Below are positions 40,871-49,336 of a stretch of 64,000 bases of DNA, piece after piece; the stretch's first letter is position 1, and each line of letters opens with the position of its first letter. Made by a program: the position numbers and the translations under genes. Below the pieces are notes generated by a model. That model made no database searches. It saw only the letters and a list, made by a program, of their open reading frames with translations, and was not told where the DNA came from. The stretch comes from Candidatus Poribacteria bacterium (GTDB lineage Bacteria > Poribacteria > WGA-4E > B28-G17), in NCBI GenBank assembly GCA_021162805.1, contig JAGGXZ010000185.1:3064-67063 (forward strand). The letters run 5' to 3'.

Positions 40871-41210
40871 CTTCTTCAATCGGTATCTCCCTCGGTTTAG
40901 CCTGCTCTTTCTTGGGCAGGGTCAGCTCCAGCACGCCGTCGACCAACTTAGCTTTTATACTGCTTGTATCTATCTCATCTGAAAGGGTGAAGGCCCTGTG
41001 GTAATCCCCCTCTCTTGGGCACTCATTTAGAAGGAACTTCCCCTCTTCGCTCTCTTTGAGATGTCCGATTATCTCCAGATCGTTGCCTTCGACTCTTATC
41101 TCCACATCCTCCTTTTTAACGCCGGGCATTTCGGCCCAAAGCAGTATCTTATCATCGGTCTCGCAGATATCGACCGGCGCATAAAGCCTTTTTTCGGTCA
41201 TCTTACTCAC
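40854..41210 (-). CDS. Hsp20/alpha-crystallin family small heat-shock protein
   Basis: alpha-crystallin domain AEMPGVKKEDVEIRVEGNDLEI. Confidence 0.8.
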   Translation of the reverse strand: MSKMTEKRLYAPVDICETDDKILLWAEMPGVKKEDVEIRVEGNDLEIIGHLKESEEGKFLLNECPREGDYHRAFTLSDEIDTSSIKAKLVDGVLELTLPKKEQAKPREIPIEEVGETG

Positions 41211-41219
41211 CCCCTTTCC

Positions 41220-41642
41220 TCATTCGGTCTCGACGGTGATCTGCCTTGGTTTAGCCGATTCAGCCTTTGGAAGGATCACGGTGAGTATCCCATCTTGGTA
41301 TTTCGCCTTTACCCCTTCGGCGCTCACCTCAGCCGGAAGCTCCACCACCTTGTGAAATCTGCCGAAATTCCTCTCTCGCCTGTAGAAGTTTCCGTCTTTG
41401 ATCTCAGGTTCTTTCTTCTCGCCCTGAATCGTCAGGGTATCGCCCATAACGCTGAGGCTGATATCCTCCCTTCTAACGCCCGGCATCCAAGCTTTAACCA
41501 CATAGGTTTCGCCGGTATCGCACACGTTCACCGGGGGATATGTCACCTCGTTTCTTCCGGCGAAATTCTCAAAAAGCCTGTTTACAGCCCTTTGAAGCGC
41601 CTCTATCTCGGCAAACGGATCCCACCAGGTTGAAAATCTCAT
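41220..41642 (-). CDS. Hsp20/alpha-crystallin family small heat-shock protein
   Basis: AWMPGVRREDISLSVMGDTLTIQGEKK; RBS AAGGAGGG. Confidence 0.8.
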   Translation of the reverse strand: MRFSTWWDPFAEIEALQRAVNRLFENFAGRNEVTYPPVNVCDTGETYVVKAWMPGVRREDISLSVMGDTLTIQGEKKEPEIKDGNFYRRERNFGRFHKVVELPAEVSAEGVKAKYQDGILTVILPKAESAKPRQITVETE

Positions 41643-41687
41643 CCCTCATCCCTCCTTTCACAGGGTTTACTGCTGCGTCCGATATTC

Positions 41688-41703
41688 GCATTAAGCTTAA
41701 TGC
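41688..41703. promoter_or_regulatory. Perfect 16-bp palindrome GCATTAAGCTTAATGC about 45 bp upstream of hsp20 operon start
   Basis: Read directly; candidate operator. Confidence 0.35.
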
Positions 41704-41790
41704 AAACCGTATGCCATCTGTTTCGGATCGGATCACACACCGCCTGGCATCCCTTCTCCGGTTTTTTACGGACGCGAGCCGTTCGGTCAT

Positions 41791-41808
41791 AATGGCACGT
41801 CTGCCATT
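41791..41808. promoter_or_regulatory. Inverted repeat AATGGCA-N4-TGCCATT about 150 bp upstream of hsp20 operon
   Basis: 7-4-7 inverted repeat read directly. Confidence 0.25.
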
Positions 41809-42130
41809 TTGACATCATCTGCCCCATACGGCCTGTGCGAACCTCTCCAGATCGGAGTAGTTATGCCTCCAGTATCCGGCCAGGATCTGTTTGTGCCCTC
41901 GTCGGGCGAACCAAGGGGGGTTCTTCTCGCGCACCTTGAAATACCAGTTAACTTACGTAGGTCAACTCCTCCCCATGAGCGTGGGCCGATCCGTAGAGAA
42001 TCAGGAGGAGGAAAGCAGCCGATCTTCTCATTGTCTAACCTCCGATGGAGATCGTTTGACATTCGCCTCAATGATATCATAAAGCAGCGGGGTGTTGCCA
42101 TATCTTCTTAAACAGCACAGAAATTTCGGT

Positions 42131-42159
42131 TTGTCAGAGAGGCGGTGAGGTGTTATAAT
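42131..42159 (+). promoter_or_regulatory. Strong sigma-70-type promoter TTGTCA-17-TATAAT
   Basis: Near-consensus hexamers, 17 bp spacer, about 35 bp upstream of RBS aggaggg and ATG 42193. Confidence 0.5.
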
Positions 42160-42192
42160 ATTCCGTAAAGAAATCTTTAGGAGGGAGATATT

Positions 42193-42936
42193 ATGAGATG
42201 GACGGCATATTTGCTCTTGGCGTTGGGGGCCGCCCTTCCCCTATACGGCCAAAACAATGAGGTTATATTCTATGAAGGGTTCGATGATATCCCCGCCGGC
42301 AAGATCCCGGAGGGATGGCTGTCGGTTGGCAAATTGGAGGTAGCATCCTTCCCGTCCTCCACCGATAAAAGCCTCCATATAATCGATCAGGGATCGGGGT
42401 CGGGGGCCAAGTTGAACTTCGATGCCCAGAAAAAAGGGGTGTTCTCAGTCGAGTATAGTTTTCTGAGGAAGAAAGGAAGTTCAGGCGGCGATGTCGAGAT
42501 ACTCTACATCATAGGGTCACACGGCGATCAGCCGTTTAACGGTGTCTGCGTCGCCATGCATCCGGGCGGCGGTTTTACATATAACGACGGAGGTGCATGG
42601 AAGGAGGGAGAACAGATAAAGGATGAGGAATGGCACACGTTCAAATATGTGATCAATATGGATAAGAACAAATGGGATTTGATATATGACGATAAGGAGG
42701 TGGCAACGGGTGTAAAGTTCAGAGGTAACATCGGGGATCAGCTTGACACCATAATCGTCTCGAACTATGTAGATGGAGGGACGAACTTCGAAATCTATTT
42801 CAACGACATAATCATATATTCAGGCACCAAGCGTCCCATTGCCGTTGAGGCGAAGGACAAACTCGCGACGACCTGGGGGCTGATAAAAAACCCGGCCACC
42901 ACCGCATCGGCCCAACATGGGTTCAGGGATTTTTGA
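42193..42936 (+). CDS. Secreted LamG/jelly-roll-like protein with C-terminal KDKLATTWGLIK motif
   Basis: Signal peptide MRWTAYLLLALGAALPLYG; shared C-terminal motif. Confidence 0.6.
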   Translation: MRWTAYLLLALGAALPLYGQNNEVIFYEGFDDIPAGKIPEGWLSVGKLEVASFPSSTDKSLHIIDQGSGSGAKLNFDAQKKGVFSVEYSFLRKKGSSGGDVEILYIIGSHGDQPFNGVCVAMHPGGGFTYNDGGAWKEGEQIKDEEWHTFKYVINMDKNKWDLIYDDKEVATGVKFRGNIGDQLDTIIVSNYVDGGTNFEIYFNDIIIYSGTKRPIAVEAKDKLATTWGLIKNPATTASAQHGFRDF

Positions 42937-43075
42937 GCTTATCAGTGTTCTATTCGTCTGCCGTCCACTGTCCGCGATCCGCAGTAAAATAACGGTGGAT
43001 CGCGGACAGCCGACTGCGGATGTTAATCCTCAGCTCCTCATCATACTCGGTGAGACCTAATCTTGGAGGCTGAAA

Positions 43076-44182
43076 TTGCCGGTTAGCGTCCGTTTGATTA
43101 ACGTCAGCAAGTATTTCGATCGAAATAGGGTTCTGGAGAGAATAAACCTTTCGATCAACGCCGGTGAACTCTTTTTCCTTCTCGGCCCCTCGGGATGTGG
43201 CAAGACTACCTGTCTGAGGACAATTGCGGGGTTTTATCGGCCAGATGAGGGGGAGATATATTTCGACGACAGATTGATGAACGACGTTCCACCTCATAAG
43301 CGCAATACAGGTATGGTGTTTCAGAACTACGCCCTCTGGCCGCACATGACGGTGTATCAGAACGTCGAATATGGGCTTTCCGTGAGGAAGATCCCCAAGG
43401 AGCAACGCAGAAAGATGGTCTTCGAGGCGCTTCAGATCGTGCATATGACCGAATATGCCGACAGGAACGCCAACCAGCTCTCCGGAGGACAGCAGCAGAG
43501 GATAGCGCTTGCCAGGGCTTTGGTTATAAGGCCGGATGTGCTCCTCCTTGATGAACCCCTTAGCAATCTGGATGCCAAGCTCAGGCTCGAGATGCGAGGC
43601 GAGATCAAAAGGATACATTCCGAATCGAACGTCACCACCATCTACGTGACTCATGACCAGAAAGAGGCGCTCTCGATGGCTGAAAGGCTGGCCGTAATGC
43701 GTGACGGAAGGATCATCCAGGTTGGCACTCCCCGTGAGGTCTACACAAGGCCGATAAACAGGTTCGTCGCTGATTTCATTGGCGAGATAAACTTCATCGT
43801 CGGCGAGCTGATCGACAAAGATCGAACCGGGAACGCCGTCGCTGAAACCCCAATAGGCAAACTTCAAACCTCCGATCTCTATCTGAAAATAAATCCCGGC
43901 GAAAAGGTGCTTTGCTCGATCAGACCTGAATCCATCACCCTCTTCGATCTGGATTCCGTCCGGGATAAAAGAGCGACCAACCTGTTTCCCGTTAAAGTCC
44001 TATCCCTGACATATTTGGGCGAGGTCGAAGAATACGAGGTTCTGGCAGCGGGTAAACAAAAAATGAAAGTCATCGTCCACAATCCCGGAGGCGTCGGGAG
44101 GAAACCAGGCGATGAGCTCATGGCCGAGGTTTCTCCCGTCGATATCGTCTTCCTCCCCATGGAGATTGATGACAACAAATGA
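43076..44182 (+). CDS. ABC transporter ATP-binding protein (PotA/MalK-like with C-terminal TOBE-like domain)
   Basis: Walker A GPSGCGKTT, signature LSGGQQQRIALARAL, Walker B LLLDEP; TTG start. Confidence 0.8.
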   Translation: MPVSVRLINVSKYFDRNRVLERINLSINAGELFFLLGPSGCGKTTCLRTIAGFYRPDEGEIYFDDRLMNDVPPHKRNTGMVFQNYALWPHMTVYQNVEYGLSVRKIPKEQRRKMVFEALQIVHMTEYADRNANQLSGGQQQRIALARALVIRPDVLLLDEPLSNLDAKLRLEMRGEIKRIHSESNVTTIYVTHDQKEALSMAERLAVMRDGRIIQVGTPREVYTRPINRFVADFIGEINFIVGELIDKDRTGNAVAETPIGKLQTSDLYLKINPGEKVLCSIRPESITLFDLDSVRDKRATNLFPVKVLSLTYLGEVEEYEVLAAGKQKMKVIVHNPGGVGRKPGDELMAEVSPVDIVFLPMEIDDNK

Positions 44183-44223
44183 CTTGTAATGGGGGCGTTC
44201 TAAGTAATCCACGGAGGTAAAGC

Positions 44224-45531
44224 ATGAGAAGGTTGACCGTGCCTTTCTTGGTGTTGACTCTATCGTTCGGCGCCGTCTCATGGAGCGATCTCTTCTCATA
44301 TGTGAATACGGATGACGGGGCCTATAAGTGGGAGATCGAGTCACAGTCCGATCTCGGTTTAGGCGTTAAGTTGTACGATCTGAAACTCACCTCTCAGATC
44401 TGGCAGGGAATCACCTGGCGGCATTCCCTGAGGGTGGTTGTCCCTCCGAATGCCCAAAAGTCAACGCTTGCCTTGCTCTTTATAACAGGCAGCGGCAAGG
44501 GAGATGAGGAGCTTGGGTATGGGAAGATGATCGCCATGGCCATCAAAGCTCCTGTCGCTGTGCTTCACGATGTCCCATATCAACCGTTATTCGGCGGATT
44601 GAAAGAGGATGAGCTGATCTCCTATACGTTCGCGAAGTTCCTGGAGACTCAGGATGAAACCTGGCCGCTGCTTCTGCCGATGGCTAAAAGCGCCGTTAAG
44701 GCCATGGATGCCGTCCAGGAGCTGGCCGAAAAGGAACTCGGGATGAAGGTGACGGGATTCGTTGTGACGGGGGCCTCGAAAAGGGGATGGACGACGTGGC
44801 TGAGCGCTGCTGTGGATAAACGCGTCAAGGCCATCGCACCTATGGTTTACGATAACCTCAACCTTGAGGCGCAGATGGAACATCAGATTGAGGCCTGGGG
44901 TGACTTCAGCGAGCAGATAGACGACTATACCCGAAGGGAACTCCCACAGATGTTGGTCGGGGGGAAGATGGGCGGTCTCGCCGATAAACTCCAGGATCTG
45001 GTCGATCCCTACCGTCACCGGGGGAGAATTACCGTTCCCAAGCTCATAATCATCGGCACCAATGATAGATACTGGCCGCTCGATGCCTTAAATATATATT
45101 GGAAAGATCTGATTGGGGAGAAATATATCCTATATGACCCCAACTCCGGTCACGGCCTTGAGGATAGAAACAGGGTTTTAAGCGATATAATCTGCTTTTT
45201 CCTCAAGACAGCCGGAGAATTGAGATTTCCTGATTTGAAATGGGAGTTCGATGACACGAAAGATAAGGTTATCCTCCACGTGGTTTCACATGGGGAGAAA
45301 CCCACTCTCGTTCAGGCATGGGTCGCCAAATCCCCGACGAGAGATTTCAGGGATGCCAAGTGGGAAAGTATCCCGATGTCAAAGGGCGGGAATAAAACGT
45401 ATAGGTTTGAGCTCGAAAGGCCGCAGGATGGATACGCCGCTATGTTCGGTGAGGCGATCTATCGCACGGGTGACGGCAAGCAGTTTTTCCTTTCAACCCA
45501 GGTGGCTATTTTTAAAAAGGCGGGGAAATAA
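44224..45531 (+). CDS. Secreted alpha/beta-hydrolase-like protein, possibly PhoPQ-activated pathogenicity-related (PqaA-type) family
   Basis: Signal peptide; VTGASKRGWTTWL resembles nucleophile-elbow region of that family; assignment tentative. Confidence 0.35.
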   Translation: MRRLTVPFLVLTLSFGAVSWSDLFSYVNTDDGAYKWEIESQSDLGLGVKLYDLKLTSQIWQGITWRHSLRVVVPPNAQKSTLALLFITGSGKGDEELGYGKMIAMAIKAPVAVLHDVPYQPLFGGLKEDELISYTFAKFLETQDETWPLLLPMAKSAVKAMDAVQELAEKELGMKVTGFVVTGASKRGWTTWLSAAVDKRVKAIAPMVYDNLNLEAQMEHQIEAWGDFSEQIDDYTRRELPQMLVGGKMGGLADKLQDLVDPYRHRGRITVPKLIIIGTNDRYWPLDALNIYWKDLIGEKYILYDPNSGHGLEDRNRVLSDIICFFLKTAGELRFPDLKWEFDDTKDKVILHVVSHGEKPTLVQAWVAKSPTRDFRDAKWESIPMSKGGNKTYRFELERPQDGYAAMFGEAIYRTGDGKQFFLSTQVAIFKKAGK

Positions 45532-45542
45532 GACGGGGTGAA

Positions 45543-46001
45543 ATGCTGCCTGAACCCCCAGCCATACCGGCTTTCATCTACGGTTCCTATTTGACTCTAG
45601 CGCTTCTTCACCTCCTTGAGGCGAAGTTCCTGAGGATACCACCGCAACTCATGCGGGATGATTTCATCGGGACGCCCTGGATCAATCTGATCGGCGTCCC
45701 GATTGCTCTTTACTATGTGATCGCTATCCGCCTTGGGATCATACACTTCGGATGGCATCATATGATAGAGGGGCTCATCCTCTGGCTTATTCCCCTGACA
45801 TCGATCAGGATATGGGGAGCGGCATACGTTTTGGATGAGCTGATCTACTACAACGAGATTCGAATTCTGCCCTGGCACCCTGTAACAGGGGGATTCGATG
45901 ATATGACATCGAGAAATTCAAAGTTGAGCTGGCTCCTTCTAGGAGGGATGGCTTTTATAGAGGTGATGGTGAGGAAGTATCTATGGAGGCCGAACGCATA
46001 G
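45543..46001 (+). CDS. Hypothetical integral membrane protein
   Basis: Four predicted hydrophobic helices; no family recognised. Confidence 0.4.
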   Translation: MLPEPPAIPAFIYGSYLTLALLHLLEAKFLRIPPQLMRDDFIGTPWINLIGVPIALYYVIAIRLGIIHFGWHHMIEGLILWLIPLTSIRIWGAAYVLDELIYYNEIRILPWHPVTGGFDDMTSRNSKLSWLLLGGMAFIEVMVRKYLWRPNA

Positions 46002-46606
46002 GTAGGATCCTCTTCAGGGTAAGAGGCTACACTCCAATTCCGTTTATAGCTCTGGCGGTTTTCCTCTCCAAAGCAGGGTTCGCTTCCATAGCGATAGGCC
46101 TGATGTTTGTAATGGCGGGGGAATCCATGCGGATATGGTCTGTTGGATACGCCGGGGCGAGGACGAGAGCCAGATCACTTGGAGCTGCAAGGGATTTGGT
46201 TACGGCCGGGCCATATGCCTACACGCGCAACCCGATTTACATCGGAAACATCCTCATCGCCTTCGGTTTCTCCGTCATGTCGAATCTCAGGCTGCTCATG
46301 CTTCTCTCGGCGATCTGGTTCCCACTGCAGTATTGGCTGATCGTCCGCGCTGAGGAAGAATATCTGCTGAAGGAGTTCGGATGGAGGTATGAGAGATACC
46401 TGCAGAACGTGCCGAGGTTTCTCTTCAGGGCGACGCCCTACCTTCATAGGTCGAACCACGATTTCTCCTTGCGCAGGGCGGTCAAAAGCGAGAGACAAAC
46501 ACTCATCGGGATAACCCTCTTGGCCGTTTTGATCTTTCTATCGGCGAGATACCCCCTCTATGAGCTCATCACGGGGAAAATGCCGCTCAATAGATATAAG
46601 GGATGA
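45983..46606 (+). CDS. Isoprenylcysteine carboxyl methyltransferase (ICMT)/phospholipid methyltransferase family membrane protein
   Basis: GPYAYTRNPIYIGNILIAFG and ...EEEYLLKEFG motifs. Confidence 0.6.
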   Translation: MEAERIGRILFRVRGYTPIPFIALAVFLSKAGFASIAIGLMFVMAGESMRIWSVGYAGARTRARSLGAARDLVTAGPYAYTRNPIYIGNILIAFGFSVMSNLRLLMLLSAIWFPLQYWLIVRAEEEYLLKEFGWRYERYLQNVPRFLFRATPYLHRSNHDFSLRRAVKSERQTLIGITLLAVLIFLSARYPLYELITGKMPLNRYKG

Positions 46607-46615
46607 ACATCTTAT

Positions 46616-47365
46616 TCATCCCTTGATCAGCAACTTCGTTCCCGAGATGAGGACGAGGATCAATATGATATAGGAGAACGTCCTCTTTGAGATTCTCCTG
46701 TTGAGGAATATACCCGATAGGACCCCCATTCCCAGGAGGGGTAGGAAGAGCAGATCGTCGCGAAGGATCTGGCCGTTAAGTATATCCAGTTTGAAATACA
46801 CCGGAACCTTTGTGGCGTTTATGATGAAGAAGACCGCCGTGGTTGTCCCCACATATGCTCTATTCGACAATCTCTGCGGCAGCAGATACATCGAGACCAC
46901 CACTCCGCCGATATGGGCGAGAGTTGAGGTTATACCTGCTCCCACTCCGGCCGCAAGCCCTTTCAGGTATCTGTGCCTGATTTCCCTCCCGCCCTCCTTA
47001 TCTCCTTCTCTGGATCTGAGATTACGCCGGAATTGAGCGAGGACGAAAAGCAGGGCGATAACCCCGATTATCCTTTTAAGCCACATCTCCGGCATGTCCT
47101 TCAGCACGGTGCCGCCGAGCATTATCCCTACGATCGCCCCCGGGATCAGGGCGATCACGTTCGGCGTATCCCACCTCCTCCAGTAATAGAGCATCGATAG
47201 GATATCGGTCATAACCAACAACGGCAGCATCAACCCGATCGCCTCTCTTGCGGTCATAACCATCGCCAGGAGTGGGGTGGCTACGATTCCCGTGCCTCCT
47301 CCGAATCCGGCTTTTGAGATGCCTATGAAGATTGTTGCTATCACTGTAACGATCGTCTTAAGCAT
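46616..47365 (-). CDS. TauE/SafE-family sulfite/anion exporter
   Basis: GISKAGFGGGTGIVATPLL and second GxGxG repeat half. Confidence 0.7.
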   Translation of the reverse strand: MLKTIVTVIATIFIGISKAGFGGGTGIVATPLLAMVMTAREAIGLMLPLLVMTDILSMLYYWRRWDTPNVIALIPGAIVGIMLGGTVLKDMPEMWLKRIIGVIALLFVLAQFRRNLRSREGDKEGGREIRHRYLKGLAAGVGAGITSTLAHIGGVVVSMYLLPQRLSNRAYVGTTTAVFFIINATKVPVYFKLDILNGQILRDDLLFLPLLGMGVLSGIFLNRRISKRTFSYIILILVLISGTKLLIKG

Positions 47366-49336
47366 CTATTTTATTTGTCCTTTTATCATCACCCTACATC
47401 TCGGGAGGGAATTTAGAAAGGTTTTGCCGTAGCTTTTAGTCAGCACTCTAGGATCCAGGATCACCACGATGCCCCTGTCCGTCTTGGTCCTGATCAGCCT
47501 GCCGAATCCCTGTTTTAGCCTCAGCACCGCTTCGGGAAGGGAGTAATCATAGAAGGGATTTCCGCCTCGTTTCTCGATCTGCTCTAGTCTCGCCTGAATA
47601 ATGGGATGATCCGGCACCGAGAAGGGAAGCTTGACGATGATCACATTTGAGAGCGCCTCCCCCCGTACATCGACTCCCTCCCAGAAGCTGGCTGTTCCGA
47701 AGATGACGGAATCCGTATCCTCCCGGAATAACTTCAACATCTCCGACCGCGGCAGACCATCACCCTGTTTGAAGGCGGATATCCCCATCTTCTCCAAAAG
47801 AGGGTCGAGCCTTTCGAAAACCGCTTTCATCATGCTATAGCTGGTGAAGAGCACGAAGGCTTTGCCATGTGTGATCTGCAGGTATTCGGCTATCCATGCG
47901 GTGGCAGCGTCGAGGAAGGATTCATCTCTGGGATCGGGCATATCGGGATGGAGGTAGAGGGTAACCTGTTTTTGATAATCAAACGGCGATCCGATAAGCA
48001 GCTCCCTCGCATCTTCCAAACCAACTCGTCCTTTGAAGAAATCGAAGCTGCCGTTGACGGCGAGGGTCGCGCTGGTAGCCACGATCGTCCGCATGTTCGA
48101 AAAGAAATCCTCCCTCAGCTCATCGGCTACGGTTATCGGAGCGGCGTTCAGGGAAAGGTTGGCGAATCTTCTCCCGGTCCTCTCAACCCAGTAGACATAA
48201 CCCTCGGTGCCCAGCGAGAGAATATCATCTAGGTCGTCCCTCAGTTTGTGGCATCTTCGTATAAAGGCCGTGATCTCCATCTCTTCGCTTTCGTCCTTAG
48301 CTCTTTTCCTTAAATCCCTGAGCAGCTCTTCGAGTTTTAGGATAGGCTCCTCCAGGAGATTCGGCAGAAACCCCTCCCTCTCTATGGCCATGGTTTCGTT
48401 TTCATCGAGCCACTTTGAGAGGAGATCGAAGAAGATCTCGGCGCTTCGTCTGGCCTCCTCCACAAGAGGAATATGCTCAACCGCTCCCATTCTCACCAGC
48501 ACGCCGCCGGGATGGCCGCTCCGCCTAGGCGGACGGTAGAGGCCGTCCAGCAGGCGTTTCACCCTCCAGTTTGTCACCTCTCTTCCGATATGGGCCGTAG
48601 CGATCGACTCCAGGTTATGTGCCTCGTCGATTATCAGATGCTGATAATCCGGAAGCACAGTGATGCCGATGTTCATCTTGCGCAGCACATAATCGCTGAG
48701 GAGTAAATGATGATTGACCACAATGATATCGGCTCCTAAAACCTTTCCTCTAGCCCTGTAATAGAAACATCGTCCGAAAAACTCACATTTGGACGAGAGG
48801 CAGTTGTCGCTTTCAGAACAGATCATCGACCAGATGGATTCAGGCGGATTAGGAAGCAGATCGGCGAGGCTACCGTCGGATGTGATCTTAGACCACTCCA
48901 GAATTCTGTCAAATTCCTCCACCTCATCTCGCGTCTCAAAAAGTCCTCTCTCGCTGGTGGCGACCATGTTCAGTCGCCTCAGACATACATAATTCCCCCT
49001 GCCCTTGACGAGCACGGCGGTAAAATCCAAGGGAAGGGCCTCCCTGAGGAAGGGTATATCCTTGTCGATGAGCTGTTCCTGAAGGCTTATCGTGTTGGTA
49101 GAGACAACTACAGGCTCTTTCGCCTCGGTGGCGAAGAGTATGGCGGGAATGAGATAGGCGAAACTCTTGCCCACACCTGTGCCCGCCTCCACAACCAGAT
49201 GCCCGCCCTGACAAAACGCCTCAGCGACCGCCTCGGCCATCTCGATCTGCTGCGGTCGATCCTCATACCCGGGCAGCTTCCGGGAGATCACCCCACCGGG
49301 GGCGAGGATCGAGATCGTCTCATCCCTGAGATCCAC
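47366..49336 (-). CDS. DinG/Rad3-like ATP-dependent DNA helicase
   Basis: VEAGTGVGKSFAYLIPA Walker A, DEAHNL, Cys cluster region, C-terminal helicase motifs. Confidence 0.75.
   Translation of the reverse strand: MDLRDETISILAPGGVISRKLPGYEDRPQQIEMAEAVAEAFCQGGHLVVEAGTGVGKSFAYLIPAILFATEAKEPVVVSTNTISLQEQLIDKDIPFLREALPLDFTAVLVKGRGNYVCLRRLNMVATSERGLFETRDEVEEFDRILEWSKITSDGSLADLLPNPPESIWSMICSESDNCLSSKCEFFGRCFYYRARGKVLGADIIVVNHHLLLSDYVLRKMNIGITVLPDYQHLIIDEAHNLESIATAHIGREVTNWRVKRLLDGLYRPPRRSGHPGGVLVRMGAVEHIPLVEEARRSAEIFFDLLSKWLDENETMAIEREGFLPNLLEEPILKLEELLRDLRKRAKDESEEMEITAFIRRCHKLRDDLDDILSLGTEGYVYWVERTGRRFANLSLNAAPITVADELREDFFSNMRTIVATSATLAVNGSFDFFKGRVGLEDARELLIGSPFDYQKQVTLYLHPDMPDPRDESFLDAATAWIAEYLQITHGKAFVLFTSYSMMKAVFERLDPLLEKMGISAFKQGDGLPRSEMLKLFREDTDSVIFGTASFWEGVDVRGEALSNVIIVKLPFSVPDHPIIQARLEQIEKRGGNPFYDYSLPEAVLRLKQGFGRLIRTKTDRGIVVILDPRVLTKSYGKTFLNSLPRCRVMIKGQIK

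Noticed and set aside
41791-41808. Possible sigma-54 -24/-12 promoter (TGGCA...TGCC) upstream of hsp20
   Set aside because: The spacing between GG and GC dinucleotides does not fit TGGCAC-N5-TTGC, and the sequence is a symmetric inverted repeat, more consistent with a dimeric regulator site.
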